A stretch of DNA of 49,509 nucleotides, the filler included, from Circinaria calcarea (taxonomy: Eukaryota): assembly GCA_051942165.1 (NCBI GenBank). It is 2 parts of 2 records of this genome, joined end to end, with 100 filler letters (N's around TTAATTAATTAA, not from the genome) between each part and the next. Parts side by side here need not be neighbours in the genome. Positions count along the whole stretch, not along the records: positions 1 to 24,762 come from JAVECS010000102.1; 1 more part is not named here. The stretch is one strand, 5' to 3'. Under the pieces are notes generated by a model. That model saw only the letters and a program-made list of their open reading frames with translations, did no database searches and had not been told where the DNA came from. Both the position numbers and the translations under genes were made by a program. Below are positions 10,813 to 22,100 of the stretch, piece by piece (within the stretch, counting starts at the first letter, position 1; each line of letters starts with the position of its first letter).

Positions 10813-13677
10813 ATGTCCTTTGGCTTTGCTATTGGGGACTTTGTAGCATTAGGGAATTTAGCCTGGAACGTCTACAAAGAATGCAAGTCTGCATCAGCTG
10901 AATTTCAGGAGGCGCGTAACGAAGTTCTTTCTCTACACACAGCCATCCGTGAGCTACAAGATGAGGTGGACAACAAAGATTCTATACTCAATCGCGCCGG
11001 GGTTGGGCGGAAACAAGAACTTGATGGCCTCATGCGGAACTGTTCCGACGTCCTCGGACAGCTGGAGCAACTGCTCACTCGATACCGGAGCCTGGGTACA
11101 AAGCAGAAGCGTACTTGGGACCGTGTCAAGTTCGGGTCAGAAGGGCTTCAAGAGATCCGGAGCAAGTTAATGTTTCACACGTCCGCCTTAACGCTCTTCT
11201 TGACGAGTTTGGGTACTGGTTCCCTTGGCCGCATTGAGAAGAAGCTTGATGATTTAGCCGCAGAGATTCGTGCTGGTCAGCATGAACCTTCTCTGATATC
11301 TCTATGCAATGAGGAGGACAAGCCCGAGCAAGACAGCGCGTGGCGAGTACTCATCGATGAATTATCGGAGGAGTTTACCAGAGTTGAGATTGAAGCACAC
11401 AAAGATGAAATCAAAAGATACATCCGTGATCTCCTACTACGAGGGGATCTTGATGAACGTTGTCCATCCCCCGAGTTGACGGAAGTATATCGTACGATAG
11501 CACCGTCTTTGGCCTCCGACCCCGAAGAGGACCCCTTTACTGGTGCCGTACCGCACCGAACCAGGTGGCCACCTCAACCCAGCTTTGAGAGTGGTAGCGA
11601 ATCGAGCGATTCGGTTTTGACAGAACGTCTCGCTCATGATCCGACTCCTTCAGAAAGCGATGATAGCAAGCTTAACTCCGGGAATTCCGATAGCAGAGGA
11701 AAGGATATCAGGACTGCCGATGAATGCTGCGAGCCTGAATTAACTTTACCACAAAAACCATCTGTCTACACCATTGAGGATCTCTTTCCATCCTGTAGTC
11801 CTACTAAGTCCACTCCTGGGAGATTAGCTTACGTAGGAATTGACATCAACTTTGACTACTGCCGTGTGGCTGCGTACGACACGGAGGCATTGACTTCTGT
11901 TGTTCTCTCAAACGAGCATGGGAACCGCTGCACTCCTACATACGTTGCATTTACTCCGGACGACATACTAATAGGAGAAGACGCAAAAAACCAAGCTTCT
12001 AGGAATGTCGAAAATACTTTCTTCGGCTTTACCAGCCTGCTTGGAAGTCTTTTCGATGACAAGATTGCGTGGACCGTCAAGGCCAATTCTACTTTCCAGC
12101 TCGATAACCGGAACGGGAGACCAGCTTTCTTCGCTCCCTGCCGTGGAAAGCACTATTCGCCTGAAGAACTTACTGCGTTCCTCATCAAAAAGCTAGTACA
12201 TGTTGCCGAGGTGATATTGGGACGAGCAGTCTCTCAAATTTATATCGCTGCTCATGGCCCTCTGGATTTCTTCAGAAGGCAGGCTTACTATGAAGCAGCG
12301 GCTCTGGCCAAGGTTGAGCTTCTCCAACGGCTGCGCACCAGAACAACGGCTGCCGCTTTCAAGTACTTTGTTGACCAACCTCCAGAGGATATTACAGATT
12401 TGGGAGCTGTTATCGTGGTTGATGTCCGCATTGATGGCTGTGACTGTTCAATTCTTGAGTTCTCGGAGGACGTTATTGAGGTTAGTAGGACATTTGGTCA
12501 TTTCAACAGTCAGCTTTCCCTAGATGTTTGTCTTAGCAGGTTGCTCTGTTCGAACTTTTATGCAAACCATCCGGACATCATTTTGCCAGTTACTCCTCGC
12601 GGAATGTTACGGCTTACAAAGGCAGTCGAGGAGGCAAGGCGACAGTTGTTTTCGGCAAAAAAGGCCGAACTACTTATCGACTCGTTCGTTGGAGGAGTAG
12701 ATCTCAACGCTCAGATTGATCAGACACAGATTGAAGATATGGTGAAAAGATATCTTGCCCCAAGTTTAGTTGAATCTTATGAACGTATTCTTAACTATAC
12801 AAGCACTAGGGCTGTCAAAGTAACACAACTACTTGTGATTGGGGAGATGGCTAAACTTCTTCACGTTCGAAATCTTATCAGACGACTAAGTTCGGACAAG
12901 TTTGCGGCCCCTGCGCCTGTCAGCCAAATAGATCCACTGGAGTGTACTGTCTTCGGGATAACGGCTGACCATGCAAATGTATTGGGGGAAGGGAAATCTT
13001 TTAAACCTATTCTTGAGAGTATAAGCTCGAACCTGTCCATAGCGACCTACTCTACAGATGACGAGGCAGAAAGTTTGACTTCCATCTACAAGCTAGGGAC
13101 TCATATACCTAATTACCACAGAAGAGATCTGTTCACCATGGAAGACTTTCAAAATGGAGCTCTGCTACGAATCCTTGCCACGAAAGAGTTTGAGATCGAA
13201 GAACATCGTTCATGCCTTGAGGTTGCCTTCTTGTTCTCTCATGACATACAACAGCTGCGAGCCCCTTACAAACTGGAACTTCGTTTGGACATTGGTTGGT
13301 TTGGGGATTTCAAGATCCTCGTTCATGGCACCAAATTTCATGGTAGTAAGGACCATGATGGAATTAGGGAAACTTTACTCGAGATGTATCGCTCAAGTGC
13401 AGGTCTACTGACAGTCAAACGCGGAACTTGTGTCCCGATCACTCCGCATATCCGGCAAAACTGGCGTCTGACAGCAGATGAGACCAGGTACAGAATAGAG
13501 GGCCCGACGGCAGAAGAGAGCCGGGAGGCTGCGTATAGGCCGGAAACAGGACACCGTCGTAAGGATAAAGCAGGGGGTTTCACCCAGGAGACGGCGAGAG
13601 AGAGAAACCAGGACAAGAAGCAAAAGGGTAAGTATAAAAAAGAAAGGACCCCTCTTCGGAGTTCAGATCTAAGATAA
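10813..13677 (+). CDS. Intronless fusion of a fungal HeLo-like/SesA-type N-terminal domain to a divergent Hsp70-like NBD and SBD-beta region
   Basis: N-terminus MSFGFAIGDFVALGNLAWNVYKECKSASAEFQEARNEVLSL; from about 11830 Hsp70-like YVGIDINFDYCRVA, NEHGNRCTPTYVAFT, IGEDAKNQASRNVENT, YSPEELTAFLIKKL, RLTKAVEEARRQL and FTMEDFQNGALLRI. Confidence 0.85.
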   Translation: MSFGFAIGDFVALGNLAWNVYKECKSASAEFQEARNEVLSLHTAIRELQDEVDNKDSILNRAGVGRKQELDGLMRNCSDVLGQLEQLLTRYRSLGTKQKRTWDRVKFGSEGLQEIRSKLMFHTSALTLFLTSLGTGSLGRIEKKLDDLAAEIRAGQHEPSLISLCNEEDKPEQDSAWRVLIDELSEEFTRVEIEAHKDEIKRYIRDLLLRGDLDERCPSPELTEVYRTIAPSLASDPEEDPFTGAVPHRTRWPPQPSFESGSESSDSVLTERLAHDPTPSESDDSKLNSGNSDSRGKDIRTADECCEPELTLPQKPSVYTIEDLFPSCSPTKSTPGRLAYVGIDINFDYCRVAAYDTEALTSVVLSNEHGNRCTPTYVAFTPDDILIGEDAKNQASRNVENTFFGFTSLLGSLFDDKIAWTVKANSTFQLDNRNGRPAFFAPCRGKHYSPEELTAFLIKKLVHVAEVILGRAVSQIYIAAHGPLDFFRRQAYYEAAALAKVELLQRLRTRTTAAAFKYFVDQPPEDITDLGAVIVVDVRIDGCDCSILEFSEDVIEVSRTFGHFNSQLSLDVCLSRLLCSNFYANHPDIILPVTPRGMLRLTKAVEEARRQLFSAKKAELLIDSFVGGVDLNAQIDQTQIEDMVKRYLAPSLVESYERILNYTSTRAVKVTQLLVIGEMAKLLHVRNLIRRLSSDKFAAPAPVSQIDPLECTVFGITADHANVLGEGKSFKPILESISSNLSIATYSTDDEAESLTSIYKLGTHIPNYHRRDLFTMEDFQNGALLRILATKEFEIEEHRSCLEVAFLFSHDIQQLRAPYKLELRLDIGWFGDFKILVHGTKFHGSKDHDGIRETLLEMYRSSAGLLTVKRGTCVPITPHIRQNWRLTADETRYRIEGPTAEESREAAYRPETGHRRKDKAGGFTQETARERNQDKKQKGKYKKERTPLRSSDLR

Positions 13678-14809
13678 TTATACGGCGACACTTCATCAGA
13701 CGGGAGTACTATCTCAAAAAAAGGTATAGAGGAGAGCATTACAGCGGGTGGCCCATTGTCTATCCGACTGACATCTTCATTGAATCTATGCACACGAGAA
13801 GCAATCGCATAGAGTGGAATTCATTAAATCACGAAGAGATAAGTTTACTTCATATTAATCATGACTATAGTATTTCATAAATTAAAGACCTTTCTCTACT
13901 GGAGCTATAGAACATACCATATGACCACACTGCAATCTAGTACATTCCACTGATTGCCTGCAGGATGATGACTGCATTTCCCCCTCCTACTCAACATAAA
14001 AAGTACAGCATCGCTATCACAACGTTTTCAAATATTCAAGTCAAGATGCCCCAGACAGACAGACAGCGACTCTGCTTTGATAGGCGTCCTTTCCCAATCT
14101 CTTCCTTATCTCACCCGCGTGAAAAGTTCCTCCTCGAGCTCTCCATATTCCTCGCCATGCATTTCAGCTTCCAGAACACCTTTCTTACCCACGTCTCCTT
14201 GGATTAAAGTTTTGTGGAATCCTCTATTGCACTGGGCTATATTTTAGGGTCTTGGGTAGGGGAAAAATGGGGAAAGGGAAGAAAAGCAGTGATGGGCATG
14301 GGTTGGAAACGGTGATGACTGAGATGAGATAAAGGGGCTCAGGCATGGGATAGGGGTGTTAGATGTGAGCAAGGGAATCAAGTAGAACTTGAGCTTATGT
14401 ACTCGTTTAATGATATGACTGGTTGTTTTGATCGTAGAATCTTTCATCTCACTAACCTTTTGATGCATCTGCACATCCCCAATTCCATCCCCTTTCCCAT
14501 CAATAGATACTTCAGCTTGCTATGGAAGTATGCAACCGGAAGATAACATCGGGCTACTAATCTTCTGGTATACGGATGCAAGACGCCACGGAGGGATTCC
14601 TCATACAATGGTGATCCCATCCGGGATGCCCGGATCTTTGGTTTTGGGATTACCATCACCTTCCTCCATTGTCTCGGTGAACACAGCAAGATTGAAAGTG
14701 AGGACGGTTAGGAAAACAAGAACGTTATCCCTAGACCTTTTTCGGAAAAGTCGACTTGTCCATCAACTCCATTTATCCCAAAGTCATGTTTTGAGAGCTG
14801 TAATCGACC

Positions 14810-16018
14810 ATGACATCACCGCAACACATGAAACCCCCCAAACCCTCCCCTCCGCTCAATGTCCCCGAGTCCTCCAATACCGTGAAGGTCTCAATCATTG
14901 GTACTACATCCCATGTCCATATTCCTACCACTCCTTTCTTCGAACCTGCTATAAAGGGCTTTGACTTCCTCGACTGTCCTGCATTCTCCTTCTTGATCCA
15001 GTCATCCTCCGGCCGGAGCCTTCTCTTCGATCTCGGGATTCGTAAAGACTGGCAGAACCTTGCGCCGTCGGTAACAGACTGGATCAAGGAATGGGGGGTG
15101 GTTATTACGGTCGAGAAGGATGTGGCAGAAATCCTAGAAGACAACGGCGTGAAGCGGGAGAGCATTGAGGGGATCATATGGAGGTGAGGCACGCCGTCTA
15201 GTATCATCTCTACCGAACGGAATCAAGTTTCGACCTTCGTTCAATGATCAACCATGTCACTAATCATCGGTCTCATTCAGCCACTACCATTGGGACCACG
15301 CCGGGAATCCTTCCTCCTTTCCCCCTACTACCGCCCTCCATTGTCGGCCCCGGCTTCACCTCTTCCTTCACTCCCGGCTTCCCTTCCAACCCCAACGCCC
15401 CCGATTCTTGTCTCCGACTACCAAAACCGCAACCATTCGTGAGATATCTTTCGACGATGCCGCTCTTACCGTTGGACGCTTTCGCGCTGTCGACTATTTT
15501 AACGACGGTTCCTTATACCTCCTAGACCCCCCCCGGTCACGCAATCGGGCATATGTGCGCGCCTCGCTCGAACATCTACTTCTCCGGATACGTTCATCCT
15601 TATGGGCGGAGACGTAAGCCATCACGGCGGCCAATTCAGACCGACCGAGTACGTGCCGTTACCGCAGGAGCTAAAGCCCAATCCACTGGATAGGCACTCG
15701 TCACATCCATGCCCGGGTTCGGTGTTCGAAGCCGTGCATTGGAAGAATAAAGTGGACGAGCCAATCTTCGAAGCTGCGAATCTTGAGGACGGGAAGGGGG
15801 CATCAGAGGATTTCCAAGGAGCAATGGAAAGTATCGGGGAATTGGTAGAAGTTGACGGCCAGGACCACGTCTTCACGGTGGTTGCGTATGACAAGAGTCT
15901 GCTAGGCATTGTAGAGTTCTTTCCTGCCAAGGCCAATCAGTGGAAAGAGAAGGGCTGGATGAAAGGGCGATGGGCCTTTTTGGGGGATTTCAAGGAAGCT
16001 GTCGAAGCAGCGGACTGA
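14810..16018 (+). pseudogene. Metallo-beta-lactamase-fold hydrolase (lactonase/lactamase-like) with five +1 frameshifts; pseudogene or sequencing error
   Basis: LLFDLGIRKDW; spliced (intron 15184-15280) WSHYHWDH = HxHxDH; PGHAIGH; MGGDVSHH. The frame is broken by single-base insertions between about 15338 and 15562. Confidence 0.8.
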
Positions 16019-16793
16019 TGACGCGATCCTCAAGCATGAAAATCACCATCACTTTGGACTCTTAATTGCGATGGGTGAGCCAGGAAGACGTCTGCTTCGG
16101 GTCTTGTATCACCTTTGGGATTATTTGCTATACATCCATTGCCGAGCCTGAAGTAAATTGAAACCAGCAAACCACAAAGGATTGCGATGATGACGAATCC
16201 CGAGTTTACCGGTAGGTTCTCAGCGGCGCGCCACGTGGGAAAGCGAGTTGTTTGAGAAGGTTATCTCACTCGCGCAAACCCCTGAGGGGAAATTAAAAGA
16301 ATGATCGGCGAAAAATGCCCAACGGTGGGTTTCTGGCGGCTATAAACGTGACACGAGGGACTAGCCGCCAAGCCGCTAAGCCGCGAGGAACCGGAACCGG
16401 AGGGACTGGGGTCGGCTACCGTAGGGCTATTCGAGTCGAAGAAGGGCAGGAGAAGTGAAAGCGCAAAGGCGCGCCACAAAGGGCCAAGAGAAGGTACCCT
16501 ATTGATGCGGGCAGGGGTCAGCGGGTCGCGTCCAGCATTTTCGGAGTAAATGATACGGCTGCGGTATTTAGGCTACCTACATCGAGCTAACAGCTGGATG
16601 ACTCTCGGTTCAGGGGTCATGGAGCGAAGCCTTTGGGCTGACCATCCCCTGGGGACTGCTGATGTCTATCTTACTCTGACTGTACTCCCATGTTCTTGCT
16701 TAGAGGAGGCTGAGTCGTTGGTGGTCAAGGGCGTCTACATGATCTGTCGTAGAGAACAGATGGGCAAAACCCTTTTTTCTCCTTTTTAATTTT

Positions 16794-16846
16794 AGCATAA
16801 CCCACGCGGAATCCCGGCTGCGCCGGGATTCCGCGTAGGTTATGCT
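16794..16846. repeat. Near-perfect inverted repeat: 25-bp stem, 3-nt loop, one mismatch
   Basis: AGCATAACCCACGCGGAATCCCGGC-TGC-GCCGGGATTCCGCGTAGGTTATGCT. Confidence 0.95.
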
Positions 16847-18421
16847 CCTGATGTTGGCAGAGAAGATGGCAACACTCCAAATTCAATCAAAGCCACTCAG
16901 GTACAGATGCCTCAGGCCATATTGTTACCTGTCGCTGTTCGAGGGGGAGTTTATCGCATTAAGTGTCAATTTTCGTATCGGAATCACGGCAGATCTGATG
17001 CCGTTGAACGTGGGGTAGAAGCAAACCAGCGGGAGGTGTCGCTGCGAGTCCATTAGTGACGATTCCAGAGCGTCCGCCATGTCCTGATGGAGTTGGGATG
17101 ACCATCTACCTCCACGTATGCCCCACAAAGCTAGTGATGATGCATCAGATGATAGCTGGAAGGCGTTCAGGCTGGCGGTGTGATCACGAAGGTACTTTGG
17201 TATTTTGCCTAGAGGACTCCGGGTGAGGACACCCTACCTGACCTTGACATGCACTCAAGGAGGACGAGATATTGGGAGTTTTCTGAGTGGAGTATTTGGG
17301 ACTCCAGCGTTGCCCACTTCCTCCCCGACCATTGTATCACCTGAGGCGGCCGATGGTTATTCTTACTCCGGATTCCGTACAGTAATGATTTAGAAGCGCC
17401 CATGATTTCGCTCCCATCGGCTATTGGGGCTGTCACCGTAGTTGATTCCAAAGACTAGCCTCGGAACGGGCTTAGATCGCTGTCTTGGTCAGTCGATTTG
17501 GCTAAATACGATGCACCGGGCGCCGCCCTTGCGCGAACCAACAGAGAATAATCTCGACCAATTTGGCACTTTCCACCCGGCGTCTCTGATTCGTTTAAGC
17601 CAGATGGCCCCCGGATCGAATGCACCGTGTCTGCGGTTGAGCTTACTTGGTCTGCAGAGAAAATGGTTGTTAGCGCGATTTTTCTTGCAATAGATATAAC
17701 AGCACCAAACCATCCCCTTAATTCGTGGAGAAATCTAGTAGGATCTTCGAGAGAGACGGTTGGAAGGATGGTCGATCGGATTCCTTTTTTCCCCTCGAAT
17801 TTTACATAATCTTCATGGGATAAACAGGGGTGTACCGAAAAACCACGCTAACAACCATTATCCCTGCAGACTATGTAGAGCTGCGGTTGCTTGTACTTTT
17901 CATACCGTACCTTGAACTCACAGCCGTAATTATCGGGGCCTGGCTTCCTTTTGGCTTTGGCTGTGTCGCTTTCATTATTTCGCAATCTCCCTCTCCTCCC
18001 CCTCACACTTCAGCGCCGAACCTCCACGACACCACCCTCCTGCGCTACTCTCTGTCGTCGCCGTTTACTCTCCAACTGATAGACGGTCAAGTGCAAACCC
18101 TCTCCGCGCCGACAGATCTACTCGCGGTCGTAAAGGAGGAGAAGGAGAAGGGGAAAGACCCAACAACCAAGCAGTCGATCATCTATTCTTTTCACTCACA
18201 ACGCGCTCACTCCCTCGCACGAGGCTTTAGGCCAATTACGCTCGTTACCGATTTCTTTAGATCATCAGCGATTATAGAATTGGAGGATTTGGTATCGAGA
18301 TTTTACGGTCGCTCTTCGGACGAGAGCCTCGTGTCGAGAGCTGAGGATTTCTGCATCACGGATCATCGACCGGCCCTACGATATCAAAGACACTCATCGT
18401 ACTGTACCTGAACGTCCGTTT

Positions 18422-18448
18422 ATGTTCGAGATATTGAAGAGCCTTTGA
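18422..18448 (+). promoter_or_regulatory. Putative uORF (MFEILKSL*) in the long MSB2 5' leader
   Basis: Only + strand ATG I found between about 17876 and 18830. Confidence 0.45.
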
Positions 18449-18830
18449 CGACCCACAACCGATCTGGAGGCCATTGCGGAAGTTCTTGTCAATATATCCC
18501 CCGGACCACGTGTGCGTGTCGGGTATTTTACATCAGACCAACCCAGAAGGTAGCAAATAATAGCGTCGGCCCGAATAGTCTACAAAGGACCTCGGTCTTC
18601 AAGAACAGATTGTCGCGGATTTTACGTTCAGGTGATTGTTACATTGGGGCCGTTTCTCGGCGATCTTCGCACACCTTGCGAGGAATACTTCCAGGCTGAA
18701 AACAATACCAAAGGAAGCTTGACATAGTGCTAAGGCTATTGGTATTGCGACAACATACTTGCTTCCGCTTCTGGACCTTGCTGTCCTTTACACTCCTTTG
18801 AAGGCGTTGGTTTCTGGACTCTGAAAAGCG

Positions 18831-19047
18831 GTAAGTCATCGACATATCCACCCTGTATACCTACCGATATCCAGAAAACGCACCAAGCACCCACGTTCAT
18901 CTGTAACTCTTGAGGATCTGTAGCTGACTTTCTCATAGCTGCATTCTTTCCTATATCTTGACGTGTCAAGTTCACTCGTTTATATCCGACCCTGACAGTA
19001 TGTCCCACTCTCTATTACACTCTCGAGAATGGCCCTAACTTTACTAG
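18831..19047 (+). other. Putative 5'UTR intron of the MSB2-like gene
   Basis: GTAAGT donor at 18831, CCCTAAC branch site and TACTAG acceptor at 19047, 80 nt upstream of the ATG. Confidence 0.7.
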
Positions 19048-19126
19048 CAAACTCTGTCCTACGCTTCTTCAGACACAATATATCTATTCTGTTCTAGTAA
19101 TAACTTTGCGAGTATAGTCAGCAAAT

Positions 19127-22100
19127 ATGGTTCGAAATTCATCAATTGCCCTAGCGGCTTCGGTGGCTATAATATCAAGTCTTGCTCCTGTGTTTTGTTT
19201 CGTGGAGGCGGCTCCAGCGCCACGGGCAACACCGTTGAATCCCAAATATTACTTTCCCCGGCATATAAAGCGTCAAATATTATCTACCGGTGCTTCCCCG
19301 GCCTCTTCACCGACTACCCAGGCGGCTGCCTCTACAACGCCAGATGCGTCGACGAGCTCACAGTTTGTTTCGCAGTCAGTATCTTCAAGGATTGGGGATC
19401 CTTCAACTCCAAGCACTGTACCAACCACGCAAAGTACGCCAGAGCAGCAATCCACGGTGTTGACTACTCGGGACTTGCAATCGTCGTCTCTAGAATCTCT
19501 ATTCTCCAGTTTAATGTCTAGCATTATTACTAGTCCATCGGATTCCACTTCATCAACTGTAGCCGGAATCTCTACAACAGAGGACTCTAGAACGACGAGT
19601 GCGGATACTTCAGCTGCCGAATTGAGTGCTTCTTCGGTGTCAAGCAGCTCTTCAAGTGCTGTGTCTTCGAGCTCTGCAATTGTTATTTCAGATTCAACTC
19701 TCTCAGTTTCGACCACAGAGCAAGGTCTGCAACCCACCACTACACAATCGCTATCCGAGTCATCAAAAACCATAGTGGTATCGACACAGCCCACGACTAC
19801 TGCAGTTGTTGAATCCACTACATCCGTGGCTTCATCACAGTCTCAATCAGCAACAAGTGAGCAGATCATATCCACGAGCGTATCAACCTCAGCCAGCTTG
19901 TCTACCAGCATACCTGACACAGTAATCACCCTTAGTACCGGATCAGCATCGAGCGTAGAAAGTTCTACGGTTCCAAGTGTATCTTTAATATTACCTGTGC
20001 CAGTCAGTACTACTGATGTGACTACAAGTACCAATGTAGCTACGTCGCCATCCGTGAATTCGGGGACGTCGACAGAACCGCTGACATCGGATATCTCTAC
20101 GTCTGCTTCAGTATCAGATACCTCGACAATCGTCGACGTCCCGGGTTCGACTACGGCTCCGTCTATATCCGCTTCGACATCCGATGCCTCGACAATTGTC
20201 TCGATTTCATCTTTGAGTAGCGGTGTGTCAACAGCTGCTACGACATCGGAAACGTCAAACATTGCGTCGATTTCAACTCTGACAAATACGCCCGTATCCC
20301 TCTCCGTTGAACCTTCGCTGTCTCTTTCGACCCTTGTGCCGCAAAGCTCCACAGCCGCCAGTGTAATTTCGTCAAGCACGACGGAGATTGCTTCGCCAGT
20401 TTCTCTATCTATTCCGGGGGACCCCAGCTCCACGAGTGCACCAATTAGCAGTGATGTGCCAAGTCCGACGGTGACTGATTCATCGAGTTTAGCCGCGACA
20501 AGCCAGACTACTTCAACAGCGACAAACACAGAGGTCCAATCATCTTCACAATCTTCAGTTGAATCTGCTTCGATATCTGTACCGAGTCCTACCCAGACGG
20601 CCCTATCTTCGTCTAGCCTGTCCTTGGGCATCGTTTCTCTATCCCTACCAGGGTCTATAGTGTCTAGCGCCACTACACTGGCTGAGCAGCCTTCGCTAAG
20701 TGTATCTGTCGCTCCTTCAGTGGCATCGACTGGAGGGCTACCGTCGACAATCTTACCCGCGACTACGCAGTTATCGGAGTCCACGCAGACACTGGAGTCT
20801 TCAGTTGGTCCAACCGTTGGACTTCCTTCTTCCATCATTCCTGCAAGTAGTTCGCAAGTACCAGAGCCTTCGATTGGATCAACTGCTGGAGTTCCCGCGT
20901 CTATCATTCCAGCAAGCAGTTCGCAAGTACCAGAGCCTTCGATTGGATCAACTGCTGGAGTTCCCACGTCTATCATTCCTGCAACTACTTTACAAGCACC
21001 GGAGCCTCCGATTGGATCAACTGCTGGACTTCCCTCTTCGATCATTCCTGCGAGTATTTCAACATCGGGATCGACATTGAATCCCCCTGAGACAACTGAT
21101 AGTGCTTCGGTCGTCACCTTGTCAACTCAGGTCTCTACAGATTCTTCGGCGCCGATAATATTTGGACCAACTGGGGTTATTTCATCGACTACGGCTGCTC
21201 CTCAATCTAGTACAGATCAGGCCACTGATGTCCCTAATACATCTGAACCTACCAGCATCGTAACAACTATAACATTTGGGTCCACTGGGACTATACCGCT
21301 GACCACAGTAGTTACACTTCCCGTGTCTGCGAGCTCGATACCCAATGTTCCAAACCCTTCTATACCAATAGATACTGCAACTACCATCACATCCGGATCC
21401 ACCGGTGGCATAATCACCAGCACAGTCATCAATTCCCCTATCATCTCGGATACCAACACTACGCCAGTTATTACTGCCCCCATTGTAACTGAAAGCGTAA
21501 TCCCTACCCAAGGACCTTCATTTACTCCTACAATCACAGCACTATCACCGGGTTCCACTGGCGGCACTGATACAGCATCGCTAGTTCTGACTACAGTGGG
21601 ACAGACGGTAACCACCGCTCCTCCGCAACCAACATCCGATGGCTCGAGCGATACTTCAGCGTCCGGCATTGTCATCCCTCCTGTTCCTATCTCTTTGACG
21701 ACACCTTCCGCCTTACAACCTATCTCCACAACAGCGGCTGATCAACCAGTGTCAACGCCTGGCGCACCCCAGTCGGTTTCAACCAAGGGGACTGATCAAC
21801 CGGTTACTCCTTCTGATGTACCTCAACCAGTCCCGTCTACGGATGCAAATCAGCCTGAGACTACGACAGGCGCCCCTCAACCAATATCCAACTCAGGACC
21901 AGGAGAGCCAGTTAGCACACCCGGTATTCCTCAGCCAGTATCAATTACAGTATCTGGTGAGCCTGTAACTATACTGAGTGTGCCTCTCCCAGTATCAACC
22001 TCGGAAGCTGGAGGGCCTGTTACCACGCTCGGTGTGCCCCTTCCTGCGACATCGACGGGAACTGGAGAGCCAATTAGTTTACCAGGTGTTTCTCTTCCCG

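Noticed and set aside
17830..18411. 193-aa GTG-started ORF upstream of MSB2
   Set aside because: No in-frame ATG and no family signal; better explained as part of the MSB2 5' leader.
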